A stretch of DNA of 64,000 bases from Vicugna vicugna (lineage: Eukaryota): positions 752,870 through 816,869 of the forward strand of contig MU058103.1 of the NCBI GenBank assembly GCA_013265495.1, written 5' to 3'. Each line of letters starts with the position of its first letter. The stretch's first letter is position 1. Below the pieces are notes generated by a model. That model searched no databases. It saw only the letters and a program-made list of their open reading frames with translations, and had not been told where the DNA came from. The translations under genes and the position numbers were made by a program. This document shows, piece after piece, positions 49,688 to 62,945 of the stretch.

Positions 49688-52600
49688 GATTTTTTTTTCC
49701 TATTGAAGTATAATTGAAAAGATTGCATTAGTTTCAGGTACACAACACAGTGACCTGATATTTATATCCCTTATGAAATGATCACTGCAATGAGTCTAGT
49801 TAGTATCTGTCACCATACATAGTTAATAAATATCATTGACTATATTCCATATACTGTATATTATATCTCCATGACTTATTTTTTAACTAGAAGTTTATAC
49901 TTCTTGATCTCCTTCACCAGTTTCTCCCACCCTCCAAAACCGTTCCTCTGGCAACCATCAGTTTGTACTCCACAACTATGAGTCCGGATTTGTTTTGTTT
50001 ATTTGTACATTTGTTTTGTTTTTCAGATTCTACATATAAGTGAAATCGTATGGTATTTGTCTTTCTCTGTCTGACTTATTTCACTTAGCATAATTCCTGC
50101 AAGGTCCATTTATGTTGTCACAGAAGGCAAGATTTCATTCTTTTTATGGCTGAGTAATATTCCATTGTGTACATTTATCACTTCTTTTTTGTCTTTTCAT
50201 CTGTTGTGAACACTTAGGTTGCTTCCATTATCTTTGCTAATGTAAATAATGCTGAGCATATGGGAGCATATATCATTTTTAATTAATGTTTTTGTTTTCT
50301 TCGGATAATTACCCAGAAGTGGAATTGCTGGATCATATGGTAGTTCTACTTCTAACTTTTAGAGGAGCCTCCATATTGTTTTTCATACTGGCTGCACCAA
50401 TTTATACTCCCACCAGTAATGCACGAAAATTCCCTTTTATCCATGTTCTCACCAACACTTGTTACTCCTTGTCTTTTTGAGAATTGCCATTCTGACAGGT
50501 GTGTAGTGATAGCTCATTGTGGATTTGATTTGAATTTCCCTGATAATTTGTGATGTTGAGCATTTTTTCATGTATCTGTTGGCCATCTATATGTCTTCTT
50601 TGGAGAAATGTCTATTCAGGTCCTCTGCCCATTATTTAATCAAATTGTTTGTTCTTTTGATAGTGAATTGTAAAAGTTCTTTATATATTTTGAATATTAC
50701 TCTGTTATCAGATACATAATTTGCAAGTGTCTTCTCCTAATCAGTAGACTGCCTTTTCATTTTGTTGATGGCTCTATTCACTGTTAAAAATCTTTTTAGT
50801 TTGATGTAGTCAATTTATTTCTTTTTGCTTTTGTTGCCATTGCCTAAAGAGACTTATCCAAAAAATACTGCTAAGACCAATGTCAGAGCTTACTGACTGT
50901 ATTTTCTTCTGGGAGTTTTGTGGTTTCAGGACTTACGTTTAAGTCTTTAATCCATTTTGACTAAAGTTTTGTATGTGGTGAAGAAAGTGGGTCCATTTTC
51001 ATTCTTTTGTGTGTAGCTGTCCAATTCTCCCAACATCATTTTTTAGATACTTTCTTTTCCCCATTGTATAGTCTTGTCTCCTTTGTGAAAGATTGATTGA
51101 CCATATTTGTGTGCATTTATTTCTGGACTCTCTATTCTGTTCCATTGATCTCTGTGTCTGTTTTTGTGTCAGTACCATATTGTTTTGATTAACATAGCTT
51201 TGTAGTATTGTTTGAAATCAGGAAGCATGATATACCTCCAGCTTTGGTCTTCTTTCTCAAGATTGCTTTGGTTATTTGGGGTCATTTGTGTTTCTATATA
51301 AACCTTAGTATTGTTTGTTCTATTTCCATGAAAAATACCTTAGTATTTTCAAAGGCATTGCTTTGGGTAGTATGAACACTTTAACAGTATTAATTCTTCC
51401 AATCCATGAGTATGATATATCTTCCCATTTATTTGTGTTGTCTTCAATTTCTTTCATGAATGTCTTATAGTTCTTAAGAGTATGGAACCTTCACCTTTGT
51501 GGTTAAATTTATTCTAGGTATTTTATTCTTTTTAATACAATTATAAATGAAACTTTTAAAACATTCTCTTCCTAATAGATTTTTATTTATAGGCGAATAG
51601 AAGCACAACAGATTTCTGTACATATATTTTCTGTCCTGCAACTGTACTGAATTCACTTACTAGTTCTAACAGTTTTGGGGTGGAGTCTTAAGGGTTTTCT
51701 CTAGGTGATGTCTTCTGCAAATGGTGATAGTTTTACTTCTTCATTTCTAATTTGAATGCTTTTTATTTCATTTTTTGCCTGATTACCGTGGCTAACATTT
51801 CCAATGCTATATTGAATAGGAGTGGCAAGAGTGGGCATCCTTGTCCTCTTCCTGATCTTAGATAAAAAGCATTAAACTTGTCACCATTGAATATGATACC
51901 AGCTATAGTTTGTCATATATAGTCTTTATTATGCTGCGATACATTCCCTCTGCACACACTTTGTTGAGAGCTTTTATCAGAGACAAATGCTGGATTGTGT
52001 CAAATGCTTTTTCTGCATCTAGTCAGATTATCATATGATTTTTATCCTTCATTTTGTTGGGTTGCATTTCTAGATAATTTCTCGATATTGAACCGTTCTT
52101 GTATCCCTGGAATAAATGTGACTTGATCATGGTGTATGATCCTTTTAACGTATTTTGGGTTTGGCTTGCTAATATTCTGTTGAGGATTTCTGCACATATG
52201 TTCATCAGGGATACTAACCTGTAGTTTGTGTGCTGTGCATGTGTGTGTGTGTGTGCTTGGTTACTGTATCAGAGAATAATGCTGGCCTCATAGAAAGAGT
52301 TTGATAGTATCCCCTTCTCTTCAATTTTTTAATAGTTTGAGGGGGATGCATATTAAATCATCTTTAAATGTTTGTTAGAATTCTCCAGTGAAACTCTGGT
52401 TCTTGACTTTCTTTTGTTGAGGGCACTTTGATTACGTATTCAATCTCATTATTAGTAACCAGTCTATTTAGACTTTTTATTGTTTCATGATTCAGTCTTG
52501 GAAGATTGTTTGTTTCTGGGAATTTATTCATTTATTCTAGATTTGTCCAATTTGTGTATAATTGTTCCTAGTAGTCTATTATAATTTTTTTTTATATTTG

Positions 52601-53460
52601 TGGTGTCTTTGTAACTTCTTTATTTCTCATTTTATGTATTTGTACCCGCTCTTTTTTTCTTGAATAATTGGCTAAAGATTTGTCAAATTATTTCCAAAGA
52701 AACAGCTTTTGTTTCATTGATTTTTCCTATTTTTGTCTCTGTTATATTTGTCTTCATCCTGATCTTTATTATTTTATTCCTTCTACTAAATTTCTTGCTG
52801 TATCTGTTGGGGATGCTTGAATGGCACAAAGGGATGGAGCTGTTTTCTTGCTGCTATTAGCAAGTTAGTTGAGCGTGCAAAAATGGTACCTTTCATCACT
52901 GGCTCCAGAAACATAGAGGGAGCCTGTAAAAATGACATCTACTAGTGTTCCACCCCCAGAGAGAGACCCAACAGACTTCTGCTCCACTGGCATATGCTTT
53001 AGGATTAGCAGAGAAGCTCCTTTGTATATGTTCTAGGTTCTTTTCAAACTACTGCTTTTTGAACTATGTCTTGGAGCAAGTGGGTTTGTATATGAGCATT
53101 TAAGAGTGGAATCTTTGCTCCCTACACTCCTGTGTTTCTCCTAAACATAAGCCCTGTTAATTTTCAAAGCCAGCCATTTGGGGTGCTCTTTTCTCTGGTA
53201 CAATTTCCAAGGTTTGGTGTGCCTGGTGTGGGGTATAAACCTCTTGCTTTTCAGCTCCCCAGGGAGAGGCTCCATTTATGTATGTGAGATACATATATGT
53301 ATCCATCTCGATGTGGGCCTTTTACCTTTTATTGTGGAGCAGGTCTTCAGCTAGTGTCTCAGGTTCTTTTCAGAGGAAATTGTTCCATAGTTAGCTGTAT
53401 ATTTCTAGTGTCTGTGGGAGGAGGTGAGTCCAGGATCTTCTTTCACCACCATCTTCCCTG
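49688..53460 (-). mobile_element. L1 (5'UTR related to 33020-36674) with the 5'UTR joined directly to ORF2; ORF1 and endonuclease absent
   Basis: T-rich tail at about 49690 and continuous antisense ORF2 (MNICAEILNRILAS.., MKDKNHMII) to about 52793, then 5'UTR ending ggaggtgagtccaggatcttctttcaccaccatcttcc. Confidence 0.9.
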
Positions 53461-53859
53461 GTTAGATATTTTGATGATTATTCCAAGTACCATCATCACA
53501 AAGCTGTCCTGAGGGAGAGAAGTTTTGGGAAGGAGCAGTAATATAGGCCAGAATCTGAGAGTGTCAATGGGGCATTTTTTGGTGGAGAATTCCTTCATTC
53601 TTCAAAGTGGCACCTCAAAAATAGTTTGTAATGACCTCTTAAAGTCCCTTTTCCCTACTAAAATAATACCAATATAAAAGTCAGTATAATGTCCACTGAT
53701 GACTAGGAAGAATTTCTGTAGGCTTTAAAGTTTTCCCCAGGCGAAGTCTGGGCTAAAATAGATCTTCTAAGATTTCCAGTCTTATTTGGGAACGTTATGT
53801 ATATATTTGGATACAATTTTGATAGACCAAGAATTCACTTCTATATGACAAGAGTTAAT

Positions 53860-54075
53860 GTCTGCAAAGCAACTAGCACAGTGCCTGACACTGCTAAGTG
53901 CTCAATAAATATTAGCCATTATTATGACGTCATTTGATTCTCACTAAACTCCCTGTAAATAAAGTTGAGGAAATGATGGTTCACAGTTAAAAAGACTTGC
54001 CAGGATCACACACTTAAATGTGGCAGCACTAGATTGCCAACTCGGGCTTTTTCACTCTGGTATCAAAGTTTTCCT
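53860..54075. mobile_element. Tail-to-tail MIR fragments (+ then -)
   Basis: ctagcacagtgcctgacactgctaagtgctcaataaatattagc; gttgaggaaatga..gacttgccaggatcacac. Confidence 0.75.
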
Positions 54076-54559
54076 GCTAGTAAATGTTTGTAAGTTGAGC
54101 GCTGTGCATTTGAATGGAGAAAGTCATTAATCTCTGTTTGAACTGAAACATTTCTTCGATTGCAGAAACATGGGCAACAAATCATTAGTGTTAGCTATTC
54201 CTCTGACTTTCTCACCTATAGAAATAAAAATAATTTTATATCACATTAATGATGTAACGTATCATTTACGTTCACTACCATTTTCAGATTGCACTAGCTA
54301 ACAGACCTGCAGCTTAAACTTATTATTGAAATGCTAATAAATATTTATAATTTTATTTCAATATAATTAATACACAAAACAGTGAGGAACCCCTGCTAAA
54401 GGAGTCTATGATTGTATGACCCTCTTATCCTATTCTGTATTTTTAACTACATTTCACAAGGGACATATTATTGTGGGATGAATGTTCCCAACGTCTCATT
54501 CAAAGGAAATTTGAGACATCCACACCTGATAGTAGCTGGCACCAAGCTCAGTGAATTCT

Positions 54560-54960
54560 TCAGCTGGCAGAATAACCAGATGGATTTTAATTGCCCAGTG
54601 AAGGGATAATTTTCCCCAAGAAATCCCCCACATGCCAATGCTGCCGTATGAGCTAGTCACAAGGCCTCCTCCTTTGCCAGCCTTTTCAGTGTGCTCCTAA
54701 CGGGGCTTTTCAAAGGCATCCCTTGACAGCATCAAGAGAAATTTAGTAAATGTCTTTGCTCGATTGGGGTAGAAGTGAAATAAATAGCCAGCGCTCTAGG
54801 GAAAAGCCACAGACAGTGCTCTCCCGCCGCTCACTCTGCTTATCAGGAGGCACACAGCCTTTCTGCAGAATGGATTGTGCTAAATCTAATCTGACGCCTC
54901 CCCCTGGGGAGATCAGGGAGAATGTGGAGATGATCAGAGGTTGATGGATTGGGATATATT
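54560..54960. promoter_or_regulatory. Candidate conserved enhancer-like element
   Basis: No repeat recognised; GC and CpG above background; clustered E-box, TAAT, TTCAAAG and TGACAG motifs. Conservation cannot be seen from this sequence. Confidence 0.3.
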
Positions 54961-55199
54961 CCATCTTTCTTTAAAATGCCAACATTTCCCTTCAACAGAG
55001 TCCTGGTATGCTTTCCATTCCTTCCATTCGGACTGATTTTTGATGTCCTGATAATGAAAACATTGCTTTTCAGATTCTTTAAACTTTAAGGTATGTAAAG
55101 AATACTGATACATAGAAAATGCCTATAAAAATGGAACCGTATCGCTATTAAACAGGAAATGACCAAGAGCAGTCATCTTTTTCATCATCCACGACTTAA

Positions 55200-55330
55200 T
55201 CTTCTTGACCACTCATTACTTCCATTTTACGTATGAAGAAATTGAGGCTCAGAATGTTTAAGTAATTCCATCAAGGCCACACAGCTATTAAGAAACTGAG
55301 CAGTGCCTTCAACTCAATCTGTTCCCTTCT
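55200..55330 (-). mobile_element. MIR SINE fragment
   Basis: ccattttacgtatgaagaaattgaggctcagaatgtttaagtaatt..aaggccacacagcta. Confidence 0.85.
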
Positions 55331-56218
55331 AAACGTTCATCCTTGCCTTATCTATCTTTACAAATTATACCTGCACTAGGTTTTCAGAAAAGGAAAAAAT
55401 ATTTATTTTGGGTGCAATCTTGGGATGTTTCTTGAACTAGATCCTAAACAGATAAGTCAGAGGTGCATCAGCAAAAGTAAAGAGAATAGGTTTTTAAAAA
55501 GAAAACAATACTCCTAAAAGCATTTCTCAGTAATTACAATATAAAACCTCTCCTTTTAACCTTAAAGCAAGTGTTCTACTTGGCTTGTAAGTTTCTGTTC
55601 ATACCTCAATTAAATTAAATTGTTTTTTCCACATAGCAATTTGGAGAAATATCGGGTCCATTGGGATCAAGTGGAAAACAGATGTGATATAAAATGCATT
55701 TTTCATGTGCCCCCAAGGGTTATGACATTTCTAATTCTGTGACACTCTGGGGTAAGGAAAACATGTCTCTTAACATGAACCTGGAGCTCTCAGTCCCTCA
55801 GTTTGGTTGCTGGAGTGAGCTTACTTAAGTAGATGGAGAACTTCACTGAATATCCTGTGTGGAAATCTGCAAAGCTTGGACCTTTTTATATAATTGATCA
55901 TTTACGACAGCCAGTTATTTTCCTACTTGGGGAACAGCTGGCTTTTAAAAATACTACAACATTAACTCACTTACTTACCCATACCTACCAGTATAAATAA
56001 TGTTATGCTTTCAGAGAGTTTGGCGTAACAAATCCTATCTCAGCTTTTCCTCAGTTATAAGTATTAATAACATAAAAAGGCACTGAGGTATCCAGACCAT
56101 CTCTCTCACAGGCCTGGTATAAGATTAATTTAGTCATTCGTTAAAAAGATGACCAAGTGACCCCTGAATAGGGTACCCAGACATTTTGAAAGGCAGAAGA
56201 AGGTTTTGATAAAGCTTT

Positions 56219-56322
56219 TTTCTTAATTGAAGTCTAGTCAGTTTACAATGTTGTGTCAATTTCTGGTGTACAGCATAGTGTTTCAGTCATACATATACAT
56301 ACATAGATTCGTTTTCATATTC
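56219..56322 (-). mobile_element. Severely 5'-truncated young L1 3' tail (camelid-like) with TSD
   Basis: ttgaagtctagtcagtttacaatgttgtgtcaatttctggtgtacagcat..cgttttcatattc, flanked by tgataaagcttt (56207-56218) and tggtaaagcttt (56323-56334). Confidence 0.85.
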
Positions 56323-58099
56323 TGGTAAAGCTTTGAATGCAAACTATTAATCTTTCAGTTTTGGGTTTGTTGTGCTGTGTTTTGTTTGCTTGTTTACTTA
56401 TTTTAAACAACTATTAAACACCATGGATACATGATCCCCACACCAACGCCCTGTCCTCTGTAGGACCCCTGCAGTTTGGATACCAGTTAACATTGGGATG
56501 CCCTGTGAGTAAGAGTGAAGAGCAAGGTGTTTACAACAATTGAATAGATATGTATATGTATCCTTTCACTACTTATGCTGATAACAATGCAAGTAATAAT
56601 TACTCATTATAATTAACACCATTCCTGGTTCCTGTTAGGCTGTATACTCTTCTTTCCCAGCCCAATCCCAGAATAACCATAACATCTATTCTCCAGGCAG
56701 TTACATTATCTACATTTACAAATTATATCTGCACTAGATAATTTTTTTTGTAAATGATGAGCTTGTGTTGACACCAACTACATGACTTTTTTCAATAGCC
56801 TTATGGGAATGGATACAGTGGCTAGACCCACGATGACACTGATTAGACTTTGCAATGTTACTTTTAAGTAAAACCAGCCATATTTTCCCCCTTAAGGTGG
56901 CTTAGAGGGTTCATAATGGTCACAAACTAGTATTATAGGTAAAACATTTACAATTTTGATCTAAGGCATAATAAACCATCTATTAGTGGCACAGTGATCG
57001 GCCATAACGGAGTTTAAGAAAATATCATTAGGTTCACCTCTAGGCAGCAAGTTCTATGACTCAGTGATGGAACCATTTGTGTGATTAGGTAATTATTTGA
57101 AGGTGACTGGGAAGGAGACAGGCTACATTTATTAAAACAGTTCAAACAGGTCTAACAACAGTAACAACAACAATAGCAATATTCCACTTCCAGTGATTAT
57201 AATCTCTCTTAGTAGATTATAAAAGGGGTTTAAGCCATGACCCCAAATGTCTCGCATATTTTAAACCTCTTGCCCTCACATGACATCTCGCCACTCTCAC
57301 CTTCCACCACCAAAAGTCACCTTTCTTTCTGTCAAAAGGCATCTCATAGCCTCTTCTCTTCCCCTCACTCTGGATTCTTGTGGATGAGTGTAATTGTACT
57401 CCCTTAATATTTCTTTACACCTCTGTTTCTCAGAATCTGTTCTTCCAAACCCATTGTGTAAATGCACATCACAAAATTCTGAGAACCTGGCAGAAAGACA
57501 AAAGTTGTCAAGGTAATGGGAAGGGCTAAATTGGTGATCCCAGTGGGCCTGATCAGGCTGGAGGGGGTTGGTTCAGAGGACGTAGAAAATGTGGTGAATA
57601 CATTTACACTATGGAATTTTATTCTCCCACAAAAGCAACTGTAAAATAATGTATCTATCTATCCATCTATCTATGTATCTACTTTTTTTCTAAAATGGAG
57701 ACCATACAATATAGACGAGAGAAAAGACTAGATGAAGTCTTATCCAGATACAGCTCTTTGAGGAGACGGTATGGTGAATAGGAAAACAGAGACTGAAGAG
57801 ATCTAGATTTGAGTTCTGGCTCATCCACTAAACAGCCAGCTCAGCTTGGATAGATGGTTTTCTTCCTTGGACTTCAAAACCCTATCTGTAAAACAACAAT
57901 GAACTTTTGTTCCTCCACAGTCTGGTTATTCTATCAACAACAGAAGAAATACATTTTTCCCTTGTCCTTTAGCATGTTGGACATCCACTCAAAAAAGGAA
58001 TAGTCTTAATTTTAGCAATAAAAGTGAAACAGCCAGTTGTTGCTGAAATTCTATATATACATACAATATTTTGTCCCAGGTGCTAAAGAAATTTACAAT

Positions 58100-58175
58100 T
58101 GTTAATGGAACAGCTTGTGATGGAAGTGAGGGATTCACTGTTACTGGAGCTATTCAAGGCAAGTCTAGACATGGC
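58100..58175 (+). mobile_element. CR1/L3-type 3' relic
   Basis: ggaagtgagggattcactgttactggagctattcaaggcaagtctagac resembles the CR1 3' end. Confidence 0.5.
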
Positions 58176-58669
58176 TGTAATACAGTCTACAGAATTATGT
58201 GAACTCACCTCTGAGAGCTCTGTGTGGGGTGGGTAAGATACCCTGGGGCATGTCTGCCTGTCTGCCTTTTATATCTAAGAACACATTACAGTCTTCAGGA
58301 GGGTGATTATCTCTCCTTCAACAGTTTGGCCTGGAAATGGCATTGACTTCCTTTGCTATTTGGCTTCTGAAAATACCAGTCAAATCAAATAAAAACTAAT
58401 TAAATTGTTTTTTAAAAAACGAGATTGAAGTCTTTTGATGGTTGATACCATATCCATTTAACAAGACGGTTTACTTGTTTGATCATCTAATGAACATATC
58501 TTGGCACTTTCTCCGTGTCACAATAACAAAGATTAGTAAAATGGTCACTCGGTCATTAGGTCTTAGACTAGCATGCCAAGAAGGGCAGATTGTGTCTGTC
58601 TACTTATCCTTTCTCCCCTTTACAATAACTGGTCTATAGCAGTACTCAGGACAGTCTTTTGATTTTTCT

Positions 58670-59300
58670 TGCCTTGAGGCGTTACAAGATGGAAAAATTA
58701 GACTGATAATTATAAATAACCCTAATGCCATGAGTTAATGTGAGAGATGAGCAAAGAGAAAGTGACACTGAGGATATAGAAATAGTTCAGAGAAGGAGAT
58801 GACTGAGTCAGTCTAACCAGAAGGCAATAATGAAAACGTCAAAGAGGAGGTAACGATCAGAGAAGGACTTAAACAATCAATAGGTGTTTTATGATGAAAA
58901 AGGGAGCTCATTCTACGCATGTGAAGGAGCAGTGAGGTCGGTCAACAGGTTGGCTGATGGGATTTAGCAAAGCAAGAGCTTGCGTGTGGAGGGGGAGCCA
59001 GGTCAGAGGCTGGGGGCACAGAGCTCTTAGACTAACAGCCAGGATAAGGAGGGAAGGACACAAACAATTTTCTTCTAAAAAGATCCTGCTGGTTATAGAG
59101 CAAGATATGGGCTGGAGCAACAGCAGTGAGATTCAGATATGAGAGTTAGGATGGTCCCTAAATAGCCCAAATAAAATATGATGAGATCCTGAATTAAGAC
59201 AGTTGAAAGTGGTTATAAAGACAGAAGAAAGAAATGAAATATTTAGAATTAACATAAAATGTCTGTGTTTCTAGAATTATTTTATAGGTTATATACAGAT
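58670..59300 (-). mobile_element. L2 relic
   Basis: aagaggaggtaac..gacttaaacaat; tctaaaaagatcctgctgg; atgatgagatcctgaattaagacag. Confidence 0.7.
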
Positions 59301-61649
59301 GTAAGGGAGAAATGCATAGGCTCATATTTGGTAATTTGTTAAAAAGTTTCACCTTCTATTTTCTTGTACAGAATTTTGGTGACCATTAGCTGGGAGGTTT
59401 AGGGATCACAGAGTATGCTTTAAGCAGCTGGTTCTCTCAGTAACAGGGAACCCCAAAAGGTTAGGAGCAGGTGAGTGTTGGGATCAAAACTATATTTTTG
59501 AAAGAGAAATTAATAACAGCATTCAAATCAGATGGGGGAATGGTGTTAGAGTTAGTCTCATTAAGTCCGTCTCTCTCTACTTAGACCAGGTTAATGGAAA
59601 CCCGTAAATATTTAATGCAAGGTAAAATTCAAGTATATGCTATCTAACTAATTACTTATTCAGTCATGACATATTTAAAGAATCTCTAACCTTAAAAATA
59701 GGAAGCCCCAGGGCTCACTCTGCAGGGGAATTTCCTTTTTTCCGCAGTTGCCTGGTGGTGATACAGTGAAAGTCAGGAACTGCTAGTGTGGGAAGGACTG
59801 CCTTCTGCAGATTCATACAGGATTAATGCAAGAGGAGAGGTAGGTCTTAAACTCATGATAAAGGATGTGTTACAGTGTAAATAAGGAAAGAACATGAACA
59901 AAAGGAGGCAGAAACAGATTTGAACCTGTCTACTAAATACAGAATGGGTTAATGGTATCTCCTTCTCTGGAGTGATAAACAAGAAAAAGCAAATAAGGAA
60001 GACTTATTATGCCAGTTATGACTATATTCATTCAGCTCATTGATATGCGTTTAAACATAGAGGAGTTAAGAGATAATTATCTAACATAAAAAGAATTGCA
60101 CTAGGAAAATAGTAAAGCTTAAAATCTTTCAGAAAGGATAAAAACTTTGGGGCTGATTGGTAATACTTTCTGTAAAACATCAGTGTCTCTTTTAGAATCC
60201 TGTGCTCCCTGTCACAGTTACACACTTGTACCATCCAGTCCAGGGAAATTTATTTATAATAGAAATATATTGCATCAACTTTAATGCCAATTCCTTTGAG
60301 ACAACTAATTGTTCACCATCTGTGAGTCTCATGAGTTTTTATTTGATGAATTTGTTGTCAGAAGTGGAAGAGTTCCAAAATGAAACACACGAGAATTCAA
60401 ATGTTGAATTAGGAATTGTGAGTCTTTGGACTATTTACCTATATACTTTGGACTCAAAAGCTCTTATTAGAAATAAAAATAAAAGAAAATCAGTAGAAAT
60501 GCCTACTTTGGAATTTTTTGAGGCTAAAACAAAATAATATGTGGAGAAGTCACCCAGTCATCATTGAATAAATGTTGCAAGAATAGTGGTCATAAAGCTT
60601 TTAATATAAAAATTAACTAAATTCAGGGAACAAAAAAACCCAGTTGTAAAATTGAAAACTACACTGCAAAGACAAATACAACACTCCAAACGGATGTCAG
60701 CATATAGTTTTAGAATTATTATTCACAATTGAAAAGAGAAATTTCATAAATATGATTCAAGAGTTTAATCAGCATGAAGCTTGTCTAATTTTTTTAGAGA
60801 CAAGCTGGTAATTGGTGGGGAAGGAGTTATGGAAAATATTTAACACTAACAAACTTCATGCATTTCTTCTAAAAAGCCTTCTCTGATTAAGTTCAAAGAA
60901 GATTTTTGATTCACATAATTCTCTCCCAGTTAAAATGTGAATGTTCAGCACCTCTCCCTTTCCTTTAGCACAGGTCTGTTCAGTTCAGGGACCTCACCTT
61001 CTCAGATGTAATTGCCTCATTACGTCTCCGAGTCAATGCTAACGCACAACGTAGTGTAGCAGACGCTAATTCACCGTCCTTCTCCAGAAGCACAAAAACA
61101 TAGTTTACTTTTCACCTTGGGAAATATGGAGTGGGTGAAGTTACCTAATGAGCAGTTTATAAACACACACACACAGAACAACTACTTCTGCAGCTGGAAG
61201 TATTTTTAAAACCACTGCTGTAAGACATTTTGTGTATTTTTAATTTATACATTTATGTTTCTAATTGTTTTAACAAAATGTTCTGAGTATCAAATTTATG
61301 TCAGACCTTGTATTTCACTATACAAAGAATAAAAATTACCTACTCTTCTGATGTAATCGTAAACAAGCCCATAACTATTATTGCTGCTGTTACTACAATT
61401 ACTATTAGTTTTAGCAAGATTTTTTATTATTTAATTATTCAGTCTTTACAATGGTCCTATGTATTGGTGACATAGATAAATGTCCATTAACTCAGCAAAG
61501 GCAAAATTAAAGGAAGTAATTTGTATGTGTCTTAGCATAGGCTCTGGATGAAAAAAAAAATTTTTTTTGTAAACCCTCATGAGTAACTGGACCTGATTCA
61601 GATTTAGGGCTCAAATGTATACTACTTCTGAGGCCCCCAAATTATAAGC

Positions 61650-62945
61650 CAACAAATCAAGTAAGAGAAACTAGAAACTTATGAGAGCAAATGACAGATC
61701 AAAAGTAAAATTTACCCAAAAAGAAATAATCTTCTTATTTCTATAGAATTTTTGCAGATGAAACACAGATGTGAATATAAACTCACAGTGTAAATTGCAA
61801 AACACACAAAGAAATACAAAACTGTGAGCAAAAGTCAGCATAAATGACAGAAGAAGAGATCACCAAATTGAATGGATGGGTATACAGCAGAATAGAAAAT
61901 CTTATCATGAGCATTAGGAACTATAGAAGACAAATTGAAAAGAATTACACAGAATGCAGCACAAAGAGCAAATGTGGGAAACTAAAAAAGAATGGTTAGA
62001 CATGGAAGACCAAGCAAAGGTCTAACATATATTTTGTTGATGTTCAAAAGGGGAGAATAGAGAGAATGGGGGAGAGGTCTTAAGTCAAAATCGTGAATAA
62101 TGTTTTTTTATTGATTAAAGATAGGAATTCTGACTTCTGGGAAGCCCAATAACACAAGCAGGATACAAGGAAATGCACAATAGGGCAGATTGTAGAGAAA
62201 CTACAATATGCCAAACATAAATAAAATACCTTAAAAATAATCAGGAAAATGTCAGATGCCTTAGGATAGTCTTAAATGTGGCTTCTCACTAACAAGAATG
62301 GAAGCCAGAACAAGAAAGTTGGAACTCTAAAGTGCTCCAAGAAAAACTGTTCAAAAACTAAACTATTATTCAAGAATAAGAGTGAAATCAAAATTATTCT
62401 TGACAAACAAAACAGAGTATTTCCCACTCATAGTACTTCGATAAATTTATTTCTAAAGAATGTGTTTTTGAGTGCAGTTTAATCAATGAATTCTAGGTGA
62501 TAATTCCCTGAAAAAAAAATAGATATGAGGTGCAGGTAGAAATTATGAGGAAAGAAAGTAGAGAAGTAAGTTATTTGAAATTCACTGTATAAAATTAATA
62601 AGAATATTTCATTGGATGATAACAAAAAGAGCAAACATACAGGAAATGAAGAACATCTAAAATGGGGAAGGTAGTCATCATTACAGTATTGTAACATCCT
62701 TCAGTGTTTCCAGGGGATTGAAATTTTAAACTTAGGAAATGTGTATTAAGAGATATATAAGTTAACCTCAAAGAGAACAGACATAAAATGTAAAGTTTCC
62801 CAACTAAAAGAGAGAAACATAAATTTATATAAGCAGAATACATTCAAAGAAAGCAGCAAAGGAGAAAAAAGAAACATAGAAAAAGCTGAATTAATAAAAA
62901 GCATAATATAATGTGGGAGGTATAATTCCATATATACCAATAAAA
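61650..62945 (+). mobile_element. Old L1M 5' portion (degenerate ORF1 and inter-ORF region)
   Basis: A-rich: aattacacagaatgcagcacaaagag, aggtctaacatat, agaatagagagaatgggggagagg, aaactattattcaagaataagagtgaaat. Confidence 0.8.
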
